Translations under genes and position numbers: made by a program
Shown: positions 9,095 through 18,383 of the stretch, piece by piece
Numbering within the stretch: the first letter of the stretch is position 1
Layout of the letters: each line of letters opens with the position of its first letter
The notes under the pieces: generated by a model
Database searches by the model: none
The model's input: the letters and a program-made list of their open reading frames with translations, nothing else
What the model was told of the DNA's origin: nothing
DNA from: an uncultured Gammaproteobacteria bacterium
GTDB taxonomy: Bacteria > Patescibacteriota > Microgenomatia > UBA10105 > UBA927
Length of the DNA: 64,000 nt
Direction of reading: 5' to 3'
Assembly (NCBI GenBank): GCA_964430295.1
Contig: CAYSEV010000003.1
Span: forward strand, 6,184-70,183

Positions 9095-10025
9095 AGCTTT
9101 TCATATCATGTCCCCCAGTGATATCCAATATCTTTTTATTGTTTGCCCACGTTTGGAGCATCTCTATTGAAGAATACTGTCGTTTACGCAATTGTAAGGA
9201 GTACCCATGCTGCTTAATAATAGTCTTTGCAATATCGAGAACATCCTTTAATAAGACAGGTTTTCCTGTCCCTATATTAAAAATCCGAAAACCATTTGGA
9301 TGATATAGTGTACTCAAAAGCATATGTGTAAAATCATCAATATATGTCCAGTCTCTTGAGAGTTTCTCTGGACTATATATGTCTATTTCTGATTCATTTT
9401 TTGCCGAAATTAATAATTTCATCGGTAGCATATCCGGTCTGCCATTTGGGCCATACACGCTAAATGGACGAATGAGACTAATCGGTATTTTAGTTTTCTC
9501 ATAAAAGTTCTTCACAGCTATTTCCATAGCGGTCTTCGATGCTCCATACGTTGATATCGGTGTCGACATCTGTATCGGTTCTTGTTCTGAAAACGGAACA
9601 TTTGAGCAGTTTCCATACACGGATGATGAACTGAATATAACTGCATGCCTAATCGTAGTCCTACATGCTTCGAGCATAGAAAGTGTTCCAACCACATTTG
9701 TAGAAAAGTATTTAACGGGAAATTGCTCGCCATTTCTTACACCCACTTCAGCGGCAGTATGTATTAATACGGAAGGTTTAAATTCATTAATTAATAAACG
9801 CAATTTCACGGCCTCTGTTATAGATGTTTTAGAAAAAATAAAATTAGAGTGTTCTTTGAGCTCTATTAATCTATATTGCTTTATTTTTTTTGAATAATAT
9901 GTATTAAGATTATCTATACCAACGACAAGTGCATTATTGTCTTTTGAGAGTATTTTTTTACACACCGCGCTTCCTATAAAACCGGCGGCGCCTGTGACGA
10001 GGTAAACATGTGCATTACGTATCAT
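9033..10025 (-). CDS. NAD-dependent sugar-nucleotide epimerase/dehydratase (SDR family)
   Basis: 330 aa. The N-terminus has the Rossmann motif VTGAAGFIGSAV. YxxxK-type SDR, about the length of a UDP-sugar 4-epimerase. Confidence 0.8.
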   Translation of the reverse strand: MIRNAHVYLVTGAAGFIGSAVCKKILSKDNNALVVGIDNLNTYYSKKIKQYRLIELKEHSNFIFSKTSITEAVKLRLLINEFKPSVLIHTAAEVGVRNGEQFPVKYFSTNVVGTLSMLEACRTTIRHAVIFSSSSVYGNCSNVPFSEQEPIQMSTPISTYGASKTAMEIAVKNFYEKTKIPISLIRPFSVYGPNGRPDMLPMKLLISAKNESEIDIYSPEKLSRDWTYIDDFTHMLLSTLYHPNGFRIFNIGTGKPVLLKDVLDIAKTIIKQHGYSLQLRKRQYSSIEMLQTWANNKKILDITGGHDMKSFEDGFASTANFFFSHLYLYD

Positions 10026-10085
10026 AATAATTGGTGTTTAATAGCCTTCATGATATCATTTTATGAATAATTAAGAAATAAAATT

Positions 10086-11894
10086 ATGTGCGGAATACTA
10101 GGATTTACCGGCAAAAGAAACAAAAAAGAACTGTCCAGACTCCTTTCTATAATTCAACATCGGGGATTTGACGGACAGTCCATCTTTATACAAAATGATG
10201 TCCACTTCGGTATGAATAGGCTTGCCATTATAGATTTGACAAAAAATCTCTATCCAATGAAATATAAAAAACTAACATTGGTATTTAATGGTGAAATCTA
10301 TAATTTTAAAGATTTGAAGAACATGTTACAACAAAAAGGCATTCACTTTAAAACAAATAGTGATGCCGAAATTATTCTCCCCCTCTATGATCTATATGGC
10401 AATAAGGCATTCAGCATGTTAGAGGGAATGTTCGCAATTAGTATTTATAACAATAAATCAAAAAAAATTCTGTTAATAAGAGATAAGTCTGGAGAAAAAC
10501 CATTATACTATGTCAAATCTGGAGATAACTTTTTTTTCTCATCAGAAATAAAGGTATTATTACAAATACCAGGAATTGCAAAGCAGTTAAATCGTCCGAG
10601 ACTCAGTGAATATTTCACGCATGGTTTTGTACACGCACCAAACACATTAATACAATCGATTAAAAAGCTCCCGCCTGCAACAGTGTTAACATTTAATGTT
10701 CAAACGCAATCATTAGTCACAAAAAAATATTGGGATGTATCTTCCTTTAACAACACTGCTATATCAATTAACGTGAGATCGTCTCGAAGTATATTAGATA
10801 AATTGCTTTCAGATTCAGTAATGTTAAGACTGATATCGGATGTCCCGATTGGTTGCTTTTTGAGCGGCGGAATTGACTCCAGTTTGATCTGCCAGTACGC
10901 AGTGCTAGTTAACCCAATGCTTCGTACGTACTCAGCGACTTTTCCGGGGTATGAAAATCAGGACGAATCAATATTTTCTTCGTATGTGGCAAAAATGTTA
11001 AAAACAAATCATACGCAAGTTGAATGTACAAGCACAGCTGTAATAGAAGTATTAGAAAATCTTGGCACATTGATAGACGAACCCATAGTTGATCCTGCAT
11101 TTGTTCCAACATTCCTTTTGGCTCGAGAAGCCAGAAAAAAAGTAAAAGTAGTTTTAACTGGAGAAGGCGCAGATGAACTTTTTGCAGGGTATTCTCGTTA
11201 CACAGTTGAAACGCAAAAAGAAAAGCTCCATAATGCAATAATCTCTTCAAAATTAACGCAATATATATGGAAACAAGTGTTTGGGAATACTCGCAGAAGA
11301 ATACTATTGCCTATTGATAAAAGATATAGTCCTCAGCATGTTTGGGATATGCATGAGTTATGTCTTGCTGAAAAATACACAAAAGAGCCGGGGTTGATGA
11401 ATGAACGATATTATTCCCCAAAAAAATCCACTCTATTTTATCTCCAGACAAATGACTTTGCACGATATCTGTCTGATCAATTATTAAACAAAGTAGATAA
11501 AGCAACAATGGCGGCAAATCTTGAAGCAAGAGCTCCGTATTTGGACTCTCGTATCATTGAGTATGCATTCTCTATACCAGACAACCAAAAACACAACTTC
11601 TTACAGGGGAAACTGGCTTTAAAAAAAGTTGCGGAAAAATATTTTCCTAAAAAATATGTATGGAGGAAAAAGCACGGTTTTGAAATGCCGTTATCTGAAT
11701 GGTTCAAAAAAGATCTTAAAATGTACGCTTACGATTCACTGTCAGCAGCAGCAAAATACCCCACTATTTTTGAATATGCCCGTTACAAACGGATTATAGA
11801 TGACCATATGAATGGTTCAAAAAATAATGCTAATAAAATATGGAGCATGATTGTCTTAACCAGATGGCTGCTTCGCAATGAAATTGTCGTATGA
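10086..11894 (+). CDS. asnB: asparagine synthetase B-like glutamine amidotransferase (WbpS-type, polysaccharide-associated)
   Basis: 602 aa. N-terminal Ntn nucleophile MCGILGF, a class II GATase. The central PP-loop SGGIDSS sits in FLSGGIDSSLI. The glycan-cluster context suggests sugar-carboxylate amidation rather than Asn biosynthesis. Confidence 0.8.
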   Translation: MCGILGFTGKRNKKELSRLLSIIQHRGFDGQSIFIQNDVHFGMNRLAIIDLTKNLYPMKYKKLTLVFNGEIYNFKDLKNMLQQKGIHFKTNSDAEIILPLYDLYGNKAFSMLEGMFAISIYNNKSKKILLIRDKSGEKPLYYVKSGDNFFFSSEIKVLLQIPGIAKQLNRPRLSEYFTHGFVHAPNTLIQSIKKLPPATVLTFNVQTQSLVTKKYWDVSSFNNTAISINVRSSRSILDKLLSDSVMLRLISDVPIGCFLSGGIDSSLICQYAVLVNPMLRTYSATFPGYENQDESIFSSYVAKMLKTNHTQVECTSTAVIEVLENLGTLIDEPIVDPAFVPTFLLAREARKKVKVVLTGEGADELFAGYSRYTVETQKEKLHNAIISSKLTQYIWKQVFGNTRRRILLPIDKRYSPQHVWDMHELCLAEKYTKEPGLMNERYYSPKKSTLFYLQTNDFARYLSDQLLNKVDKATMAANLEARAPYLDSRIIEYAFSIPDNQKHNFLQGKLALKKVAEKYFPKKYVWRKKHGFEMPLSEWFKKDLKMYAYDSLSAAAKYPTIFEYARYKRIIDDHMNGSKNNANKIWSMIVLTRWLLRNEIVV

Positions 11895-13003
11895 GAAAAA
11901 AAGTAATCCTTATAGTGTTTTGGGATTTGGATATTGGGGGCATTCAATCACTCATACGAGATATGATTCTCTATGTTTTAAGAACACAAACAAAAATTGT
12001 CATAAAAGTATTGATTAAAAATAACACAAACAGCCATATACTAGATGCGTTAAATAAAAATGGATTTACTGATGTGTGTTATCCGAATTTGCAGCATATA
12101 AAAAATCGTTATCTACGTCAGATATATTTTTTCCTCTGGGTGGCATATATGTATATAAAAATATTTCCTGATTATTGCCTTACATTTCTAGATGTACTGT
12201 CTATATATATGATTGTTCTAAAGTTTTGTATTTTTTGGAGGCACACAAAAATTATTTTAAATGAAAATGTATTAACTTCTACAAACAATCAACTCACAAA
12301 AAAAACTTCTTGGTTCTGGGATATCTGTATTAGAATGGTATATCCGTTTTCTCATAGAATCATCGTTCCAAGTAACGCCTGCAAAAGAGATCTTATAAGT
12401 AAATATTACATACCGAAATCGAAAATTAACGTTTGTTATAATTGGACGCTTATGAAAGAAGTTGAAGAAACCAAAAAAGAATACGATCTCATATATATAG
12501 GAAGGTTTGAAAAGGAGAAAAATCCGATTTCGCTGATACATCTGCTATACAAACTGAAACAAAAAAATCCAGACATATCCCTTTGTTTGGTAGGAAAAGG
12601 TATATATAAAAAACAAATGCAAGAAAAGATACGTAATTTAAAATTAGAGAATAATGCCAAGCTCCTTGGCTATAGAGCCGATGTCAACAAACTTCTAGGC
12701 AAATCAAAAATTCTTATCACCACCACGCATAACGAAGGTTTTCCTGTATCCATGTTAGAGGCAGGTATTCAAAAAATACCTTGTGTTTCCACCAGATTTA
12801 CTGGTGTTGAGGAAATTATCTCCCATAATAAAACAGGATTTATATGTGATACACAAGAAGATATGATGAAACGTGTAGAAAAATTACTTAAAGATGATGC
12901 TATGAGGAGAGCGCTTGGATTATCTTTCAAAAAAAAAGTTGGCTTAAGATTTGGTGAACATGCCATACGAAAATTTTTATCAAAAGCGTTTAATGTAATA
13001 TGA
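11891..13003 (+). CDS. glycosyltransferase family 4 (paralog 2 of 3)
   Basis: 370 aa. IGRFEKEKNPISLI ... EGFPVSMLEAG. The N-terminus is VILIVFWDLDIGGIQSLIRD. Its start has an ATGA overlap with the asnB-like stop. Confidence 0.75.
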   Translation: MRKKVILIVFWDLDIGGIQSLIRDMILYVLRTQTKIVIKVLIKNNTNSHILDALNKNGFTDVCYPNLQHIKNRYLRQIYFFLWVAYMYIKIFPDYCLTFLDVLSIYMIVLKFCIFWRHTKIILNENVLTSTNNQLTKKTSWFWDICIRMVYPFSHRIIVPSNACKRDLISKYYIPKSKINVCYNWTLMKEVEETKKEYDLIYIGRFEKEKNPISLIHLLYKLKQKNPDISLCLVGKGIYKKQMQEKIRNLKLENNAKLLGYRADVNKLLGKSKILITTTHNEGFPVSMLEAGIQKIPCVSTRFTGVEEIISHNKTGFICDTQEDMMKRVEKLLKDDAMRRALGLSFKKKVGLRFGEHAIRKFLSKAFNVI

Positions 13004-14097
13004 GCAGAAAAACACTTGTTATTGTTTATTGGAATTTAGGTATTGGGGGAATTCAAAAAAGAATTCGGGATATATCTCAATCAATTTCAAAAGAAAACAG
13101 AGATTGGCATATTATACTTTTGTTGCGAAGAGAAGTAGATGGAAGTTTCCTGGATCAGGTAAAAGAACATAACAATCTCAGCATAGAGGTGTATCCATTT
13201 AATAATCAAAAAATCCGGCCTGTTGGCGGATTTTTCTTTTGGTTATTATATAAATATATTCAGATAAAACCCACTACGTGTCTTACATTTTTGCCTCTTC
13301 TAGGTATAGCCATGATACTAATTAAAAAAGCAGTATTTTGGGTCAACACGAAACTTGTTATAAATGAAGGGGTCTTACTGTCAGAATATTTATATACTAA
13401 CAAATTAACATGGTTAAAACCTTTTATATCAGCACTTTATTCAAGCGCTGAAAATATAATAGTTCCAACACTTGCTTGTAAAGAAGATTTAGAATTACAA
13501 TTCTTTTTTAAAAAAAATACTATTTTAGTCTTATCAAATTGGACGCTAATTCGAAAAGCAGCGAAAAAAGGTAAAACACTTTATGATTTGGTGTATGTGG
13601 GAAGGTTTGAAAAAGAAAAAAATGTGCTTGTACTTTGCGATGTCATTAAAAGTCTGAAAAGCACGATACCTACTATAAAAGTAATTATGGTCGGATCAGG
13701 CAGTCTATTACCCTATTTGCAGACAAAAATTAAGAAATTACAGTTAACCAAGAATATTATAATCAAAGAATTTACAGTGAAAGCTTTTCAATATATGACT
13801 CAATCTAAGGCCCTCATATTACCCTCTTTAAGTGAAGGCATGCCAAATGTCGTATTGGAGGCGGCAATGTTACGCACTCCTTCTGTGGTGGCTAATTTTA
13901 AAGGAGCTCATGAGGTAGTTATTCATGCTAAGACAGGATATGTAGCAGATACAACAGAACAACTATATACGTATAGTAAAGAAATATTGAAATATCCACA
14001 GCTAAGGATAGAGATGGGAAAGAAGGCTCAGGAATTCGTTGAATCAAAATTTACTCAGAGAGCACAAAAGAGATTTATTAGGATATTGCTTGAATAG
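13000..14097 (+). CDS. glycosyltransferase family 4 (paralog 3 of 3)
   Basis: 365 aa. VGRFEKEKNVLVL ... EGMPNVVLEAA. The N-terminus is LVIVYWNLGIGGIQKRIRD. ATGA overlap with the upstream gene. Confidence 0.75.
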   Translation: MSRKTLVIVYWNLGIGGIQKRIRDISQSISKENRDWHIILLLRREVDGSFLDQVKEHNNLSIEVYPFNNQKIRPVGGFFFWLLYKYIQIKPTTCLTFLPLLGIAMILIKKAVFWVNTKLVINEGVLLSEYLYTNKLTWLKPFISALYSSAENIIVPTLACKEDLELQFFFKKNTILVLSNWTLIRKAAKKGKTLYDLVYVGRFEKEKNVLVLCDVIKSLKSTIPTIKVIMVGSGSLLPYLQTKIKKLQLTKNIIIKEFTVKAFQYMTQSKALILPSLSEGMPNVVLEAAMLRTPSVVANFKGAHEVVIHAKTGYVADTTEQLYTYSKEILKYPQLRIEMGKKAQEFVESKFTQRAQKRFIRILLE

Positions 14098-14126
14098 ATT
14101 TTAGTGGTAAACGGAGCTAAAAATAT

Positions 14127-15623
14127 ATGAATATACTCAAATCCTCACATCCTTACATGATACTCATATCATTACTTCTGTGCGTGTTTATATGGCTTTG
14201 TTTTCAGGTAAATACATTTTATGTCCCAAATTCTGATTTTTTAAATTACTTGAATGTTGGGCACAGAATACTTATTAATCCATTTGATCCCTATATAACC
14301 AGCGCACCACTATATTCTATTCTTGTCTACGTATTAGAAATAATTCTTCCAATAAAACATCCAGGTATTATAGGCGGTATTATAGTAAACATACTTTTTT
14401 TTATCACTTCGCTCATATTTCTTTGGCTACTTTCAAAACGTTGGATGAATAATTATGCATTATTACCCGTCCTTTTTTTTGGCATTAATCCGGTTATGCT
14501 TTATGTTGTCCTTCAACCGTCGAATATTCCCCTATCAGTCATGCTTATTCTTATGGCGTTGTTCTACTATACATCGAAGCCAACGTTTGCGTATGTATTG
14601 GTCTTAATTGCATCTTTGACCAGAATAGAATCAATTCCAGTGCTGTTTGTATTTATTATAAGTGATCTTATATTCTACAAAAGACTGCGTTGTTCAAAAA
14701 CAATCATCGTTGCATCATTATGTATACTTGCTTGGTATATCCGTCCAATTATTCCACACGATAATTATATAGATGAAATAAAATTCCGAAGAGATGAAAT
14801 ACCTAATCTTGCATTCATCAGAAATTCATTTATTCGAGCACCTTTTTCGTATGACTTGCTCAATGCTAATAAGCCTATCGAGGCTTTCTCATCTGAGACT
14901 ATTGCGATTCTTATCATAATACTATGGATCATATTGGGGCTGCGCCGATATTATAAGCTAGATAAAGTGCGGTCTTTCGTGATTATTGGATATGTATTGG
15001 GATATATTTTTATTCATACAGTTTTTCCTGACAGGGTGATTAGGTATAGCTATCCCCTTCTTCCTTTTGTATATATGTTGATATGTTGGCCTGTTATATA
15101 TATTAATACTATATATAGTTCCTATACAAGGAATCTTTCAATTTTCTTAGTAAGTGTCCTCGCATTAGGTGTATGTTGTTTTTCAGTTGTAAATGCTCCC
15201 TTTTACATAAATGATCAAAGATGGGATAGGGCTGAAAGGCGGTTGGTTGCAGAATGGCTAAATAATAATATTCATTCCCAAACTGCAGTCTATACTTTCG
15301 AACATTACGTCTTTTCTTATTATGTAAGCAATCCTTTTATTGATTATATCGATACCACAGAAAGCAAAGCCTGGACAGATGATTTGTGCACACAAAAGGG
15401 AGATATCTATGTGGTATTTGATAATCAGACAGAATCGGATGGCGAATACTTCGATCATTTAAACGGTTTGGATTTTTTTCATCAGTTCAAAAATAATAAA
15501 TCAGCAATGTCAAAATTGAAACTAATTAAAACAATACGCATTGAAAAGCGCCACGCGGAAATATATAAATTTATTGAGAATCCAATAAATCCTTGGTGCT
15601 CATCCATATTCAATGAAACATAG
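14127..15623 (+). CDS. polytopic integral membrane protein, GT-C-like (candidate polyprenyl-phosphate-sugar-dependent glycosyltransferase)
   Basis: 498 aa with about 11 hydrophobic helices in the first 330 aa and a hydrophilic C-terminal domain. It is followed directly by a DPM1/GtrB-like GT2, the classic GT2 plus GT-C pairing. No confident family assignment from sequence alone. Confidence 0.4.
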   Translation: MNILKSSHPYMILISLLLCVFIWLCFQVNTFYVPNSDFLNYLNVGHRILINPFDPYITSAPLYSILVYVLEIILPIKHPGIIGGIIVNILFFITSLIFLWLLSKRWMNNYALLPVLFFGINPVMLYVVLQPSNIPLSVMLILMALFYYTSKPTFAYVLVLIASLTRIESIPVLFVFIISDLIFYKRLRCSKTIIVASLCILAWYIRPIIPHDNYIDEIKFRRDEIPNLAFIRNSFIRAPFSYDLLNANKPIEAFSSETIAILIIILWIILGLRRYYKLDKVRSFVIIGYVLGYIFIHTVFPDRVIRYSYPLLPFVYMLICWPVIYINTIYSSYTRNLSIFLVSVLALGVCCFSVVNAPFYINDQRWDRAERRLVAEWLNNNIHSQTAVYTFEHYVFSYYVSNPFIDYIDTTESKAWTDDLCTQKGDIYVVFDNQTESDGEYFDHLNGLDFFHQFKNNKSAMSKLKLIKTIRIEKRHAEIYKFIENPINPWCSSIFNET

Positions 15624-16365
15624 AAATAAGTATCATCCTAAAATCGTTATAATTATTCCCGCATATAATGAGTCAAGATCATTGCCAAAGCTCCTCCAAT
15701 CTATATTGAAACACAAAAATATTCATACATGTCTCGTTATTGATGATGGTTCATCAGATGGGACAGCGGATATCGCAAAACTATCTGGAGCAACTGTTCT
15801 TAAATTACCCGTAAATATGGGATCAGGATGTGCGTTATATAAAGGTATTGAATACGCCCATAAAATACACGCAGATATTGTTGTAGCATTGGATGCAGAT
15901 GGTCAACATGATCCAAAATATATACCATTATTGTTGAAGCATATACAATCAGATAAAGATTATATTATCGCAAGCAGATATATAAAACCAACGAATTACA
16001 GCACTCAAAAAAATCGTGTGATTGCCACAAAGATTATATACCTATTGTTCAATAAGTTGCTTCATATAACCGTTCATGATCCAACTTCAGGATATCGGGC
16101 TTTTGGAAGTAAAGTTTTGAAAGAATTGTCTAGCAAAAATAAATTATATTTCCCTGAACCTGAGATTATTCTCACACTTTCATTTAAAGGCTATAATATT
16201 CACGAAGTGTCAGTCCCGATGTCTCCACGTCAGTATGGGGCCTCTACCATCACGTTGACAAAAGGGATAGTATTACTTTTATATATAATAATAAAAATTC
16301 TGTACTTCAGTATCACAACCCACTGTAAGCTGTATATGTCGAAACTGAGTCAATTATTAAAATAG
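15613..16365 (+). CDS. glycosyltransferase family 2, polyprenyl-phosphate sugar synthase-like (DPM1/GtrB/ArnC type)
   Basis: 250 aa. IVIIIPAYNESRSLPKLL, then DDGSSDGT, then DADGQHDP (the DxD region). C-terminal hydrophobic helix. Confidence 0.8.
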   Translation: MKHRNKYHPKIVIIIPAYNESRSLPKLLQSILKHKNIHTCLVIDDGSSDGTADIAKLSGATVLKLPVNMGSGCALYKGIEYAHKIHADIVVALDADGQHDPKYIPLLLKHIQSDKDYIIASRYIKPTNYSTQKNRVIATKIIYLLFNKLLHITVHDPTSGYRAFGSKVLKELSSKNKLYFPEPEIILTLSFKGYNIHEVSVPMSPRQYGASTITLTKGIVLLLYIIIKILYFSITTHCKLYMSKLSQLLK

Positions 16366-18360
16366 TGTTGGAATCTGGTCGATAATTGAAAGAGTTCTCT
16401 CAGCATCTATTCCAATAGTGTCAAAATACCACTTAAGGCTTTGATATCTTGGACGATTTTCTAATTCTACAAGTTCGAGCGCTTTTTTTCGGGAAATGAC
16501 TCCCTCTCGAATCTGATTACTGCGAAGACCATCATTTTCAGTAAAGCCTTGAACCCTATAATATATATAATTATAGAAAGCTGGAGTCCCATCATCGATT
16601 CTCCATGTCGCAACCGTATCTGCTGGGGTTTCCCACTCAAACTTTTTGAGAGTATGCAAAATTTTCTGTTCATCCCATTTAATATAATGCCACAAGTATA
16701 CAAAATCATGAGGCATCAAGTATGTTGATGCGTATGCCCCTGCGCTATCAATTAATGAGGCATTTATATAGAGCGGATTTCGGATAAATTGTAGAATATA
16801 ATACCTCAAAAGTTGAAATTTCCCATGCATTGATAGATTATGAATTACACCGTTTGGAGTTCCGTCAAATATTCCATAATAACCGAATTTAAAACGCTCA
16901 TCCTCAAGTTGATTTCCCCTTGAGTATATGACTAGATTTATGCCAGTTTGCTTTTTGAGTCTCTCTACATAATATTCAGCCTGTTTATCTCCCGCCATAA
17001 GAAGTGTAACCATCCCCAAATCGGGTTTATGTAACCAGGCTTCGATATTTTTTTTGATATTTAATCTCTTTTGTTTAATATCTGCCGAAACCCAAATATG
17101 CTCAACCCCTAATGCAGCGCACATTCGTGATTGATTCCTCCTGGCTATATCAGTTATCATTCCCCAGTCATATGTGTACGCTATAGGATTTAGTTTTAGA
17201 ATGTGTTTGACAAAATAAAGACCATAACTACTGTCTCTCCCTCCGCTCAATGGCACTATGCAATTCTTTTTTGACGATTGCGTTTGGAATGTTGAAATGT
17301 ATTTTTTAAGTTCGTTTACGCCCAATGGTTGTTGTTTCTTATATGTATTGCAAAAATTACAAATACCATTTCGATCAAATGTTATTAGAGGCATTGTCTC
17401 AGGCATAATACATTTAGAACATCTTTTTATATGTGATATAGCCTTATAATTTGGAATGTGTGACTTTATTTTGGCAATAGAATTATTGTTAAATGTATTT
17501 AGAGAATTATTTACACGCACTGTAATGTTATTAAACACGTGGGGCGATGTGACGCTTTGTCTGTTCTGCACACAGCCGAAACGTGACACGGAATCATATG
17601 TCTGTGGTGTTACAGAAAACTCTTTGATCTCTTTACACCCGATTTGCACAATTACTCCCGTATTTGCAGCAATATTTTTGATGGTTAATTGCAGCCTGGT
17701 ATTTAAAAATTTGGAAATAATACGCTTTATGAAGTATTCTTCAGAGGCAAATATAAGAATATTATGTATTTGAACATAGAAAATTGAGCCAGTATTCGTA
17801 GCAAGGATAATTGAATTTTCAATAGTGTCAGCAAGAGCTATATTTGATTCACCATAAATTTCAGAAAATATTTTTTGAACTGATGATATGGAGCTATATC
17901 CTTTTTGTTTGAATAATTCATACAGAAGGATGAATAATTCACTGTCAGTTTTATTTTTTTTATGTAACGTTGGATATTTTTTAAAAATCTGATCTTCGTT
18001 TACTACTATTCCATTGTGTATAACTATGGAGTTTTTCCCTTGAATTGGCTGATTGTTCTGATCTTCCCTCGAATCCCCATTAGTAGCTAATCTTGAATGT
18101 CCTATGACGAAGAATGAAGTACTATTTGAATTAGAGGAAATTTCCCGAAATAATTTATTCCACTGAATTGATTTTGTGAGCACTGCCGCTTTTTCGGGCG
18201 CCTTAATAATTGTTGTTGATTTTTTGATTGAATAGGCAATTCCGGAAGCATCGCTGCCTCTTGATTCAGATAATTGAAACAAGGTCTTAATTATATCCTC
18301 GATATTAAGATCTTCTTTGGATACGTCAGTGTTTTTTATAAGGCCAAGTATTCCGCACAT
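16357..18360 (-). CDS. fusion protein: N-terminal class-II glutamine amidotransferase (Ntn) plus C-terminal PP-loop N-acetyl-sugar amidotransferase (WbuX/PseA-like)
   Basis: 667 aa. MCGILGL N-terminal nucleophile. The middle region has a Cys cluster CSKCIMPE...CNFCN followed by the PP-loop PLSGGRDSS, the architecture recalled for the LPS N-acetyl sugar amidotransferase family. Confidence 0.6.
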   Translation of the reverse strand: MCGILGLIKNTDVSKEDLNIEDIIKTLFQLSESRGSDASGIAYSIKKSTTIIKAPEKAAVLTKSIQWNKLFREISSNSNSTSFFVIGHSRLATNGDSREDQNNQPIQGKNSIVIHNGIVVNEDQIFKKYPTLHKKNKTDSELFILLYELFKQKGYSSISSVQKIFSEIYGESNIALADTIENSIILATNTGSIFYVQIHNILIFASEEYFIKRIISKFLNTRLQLTIKNIAANTGVIVQIGCKEIKEFSVTPQTYDSVSRFGCVQNRQSVTSPHVFNNITVRVNNSLNTFNNNSIAKIKSHIPNYKAISHIKRCSKCIMPETMPLITFDRNGICNFCNTYKKQQPLGVNELKKYISTFQTQSSKKNCIVPLSGGRDSSYGLYFVKHILKLNPIAYTYDWGMITDIARRNQSRMCAALGVEHIWVSADIKQKRLNIKKNIEAWLHKPDLGMVTLLMAGDKQAEYYVERLKKQTGINLVIYSRGNQLEDERFKFGYYGIFDGTPNGVIHNLSMHGKFQLLRYYILQFIRNPLYINASLIDSAGAYASTYLMPHDFVYLWHYIKWDEQKILHTLKKFEWETPADTVATWRIDDGTPAFYNYIYYRVQGFTENDGLRSNQIREGVISRKKALELVELENRPRYQSLKWYFDTIGIDAERTLSIIDQIPTLF

Positions 18361-18383
18361 GTCCTAAATTGGATATATAATTA

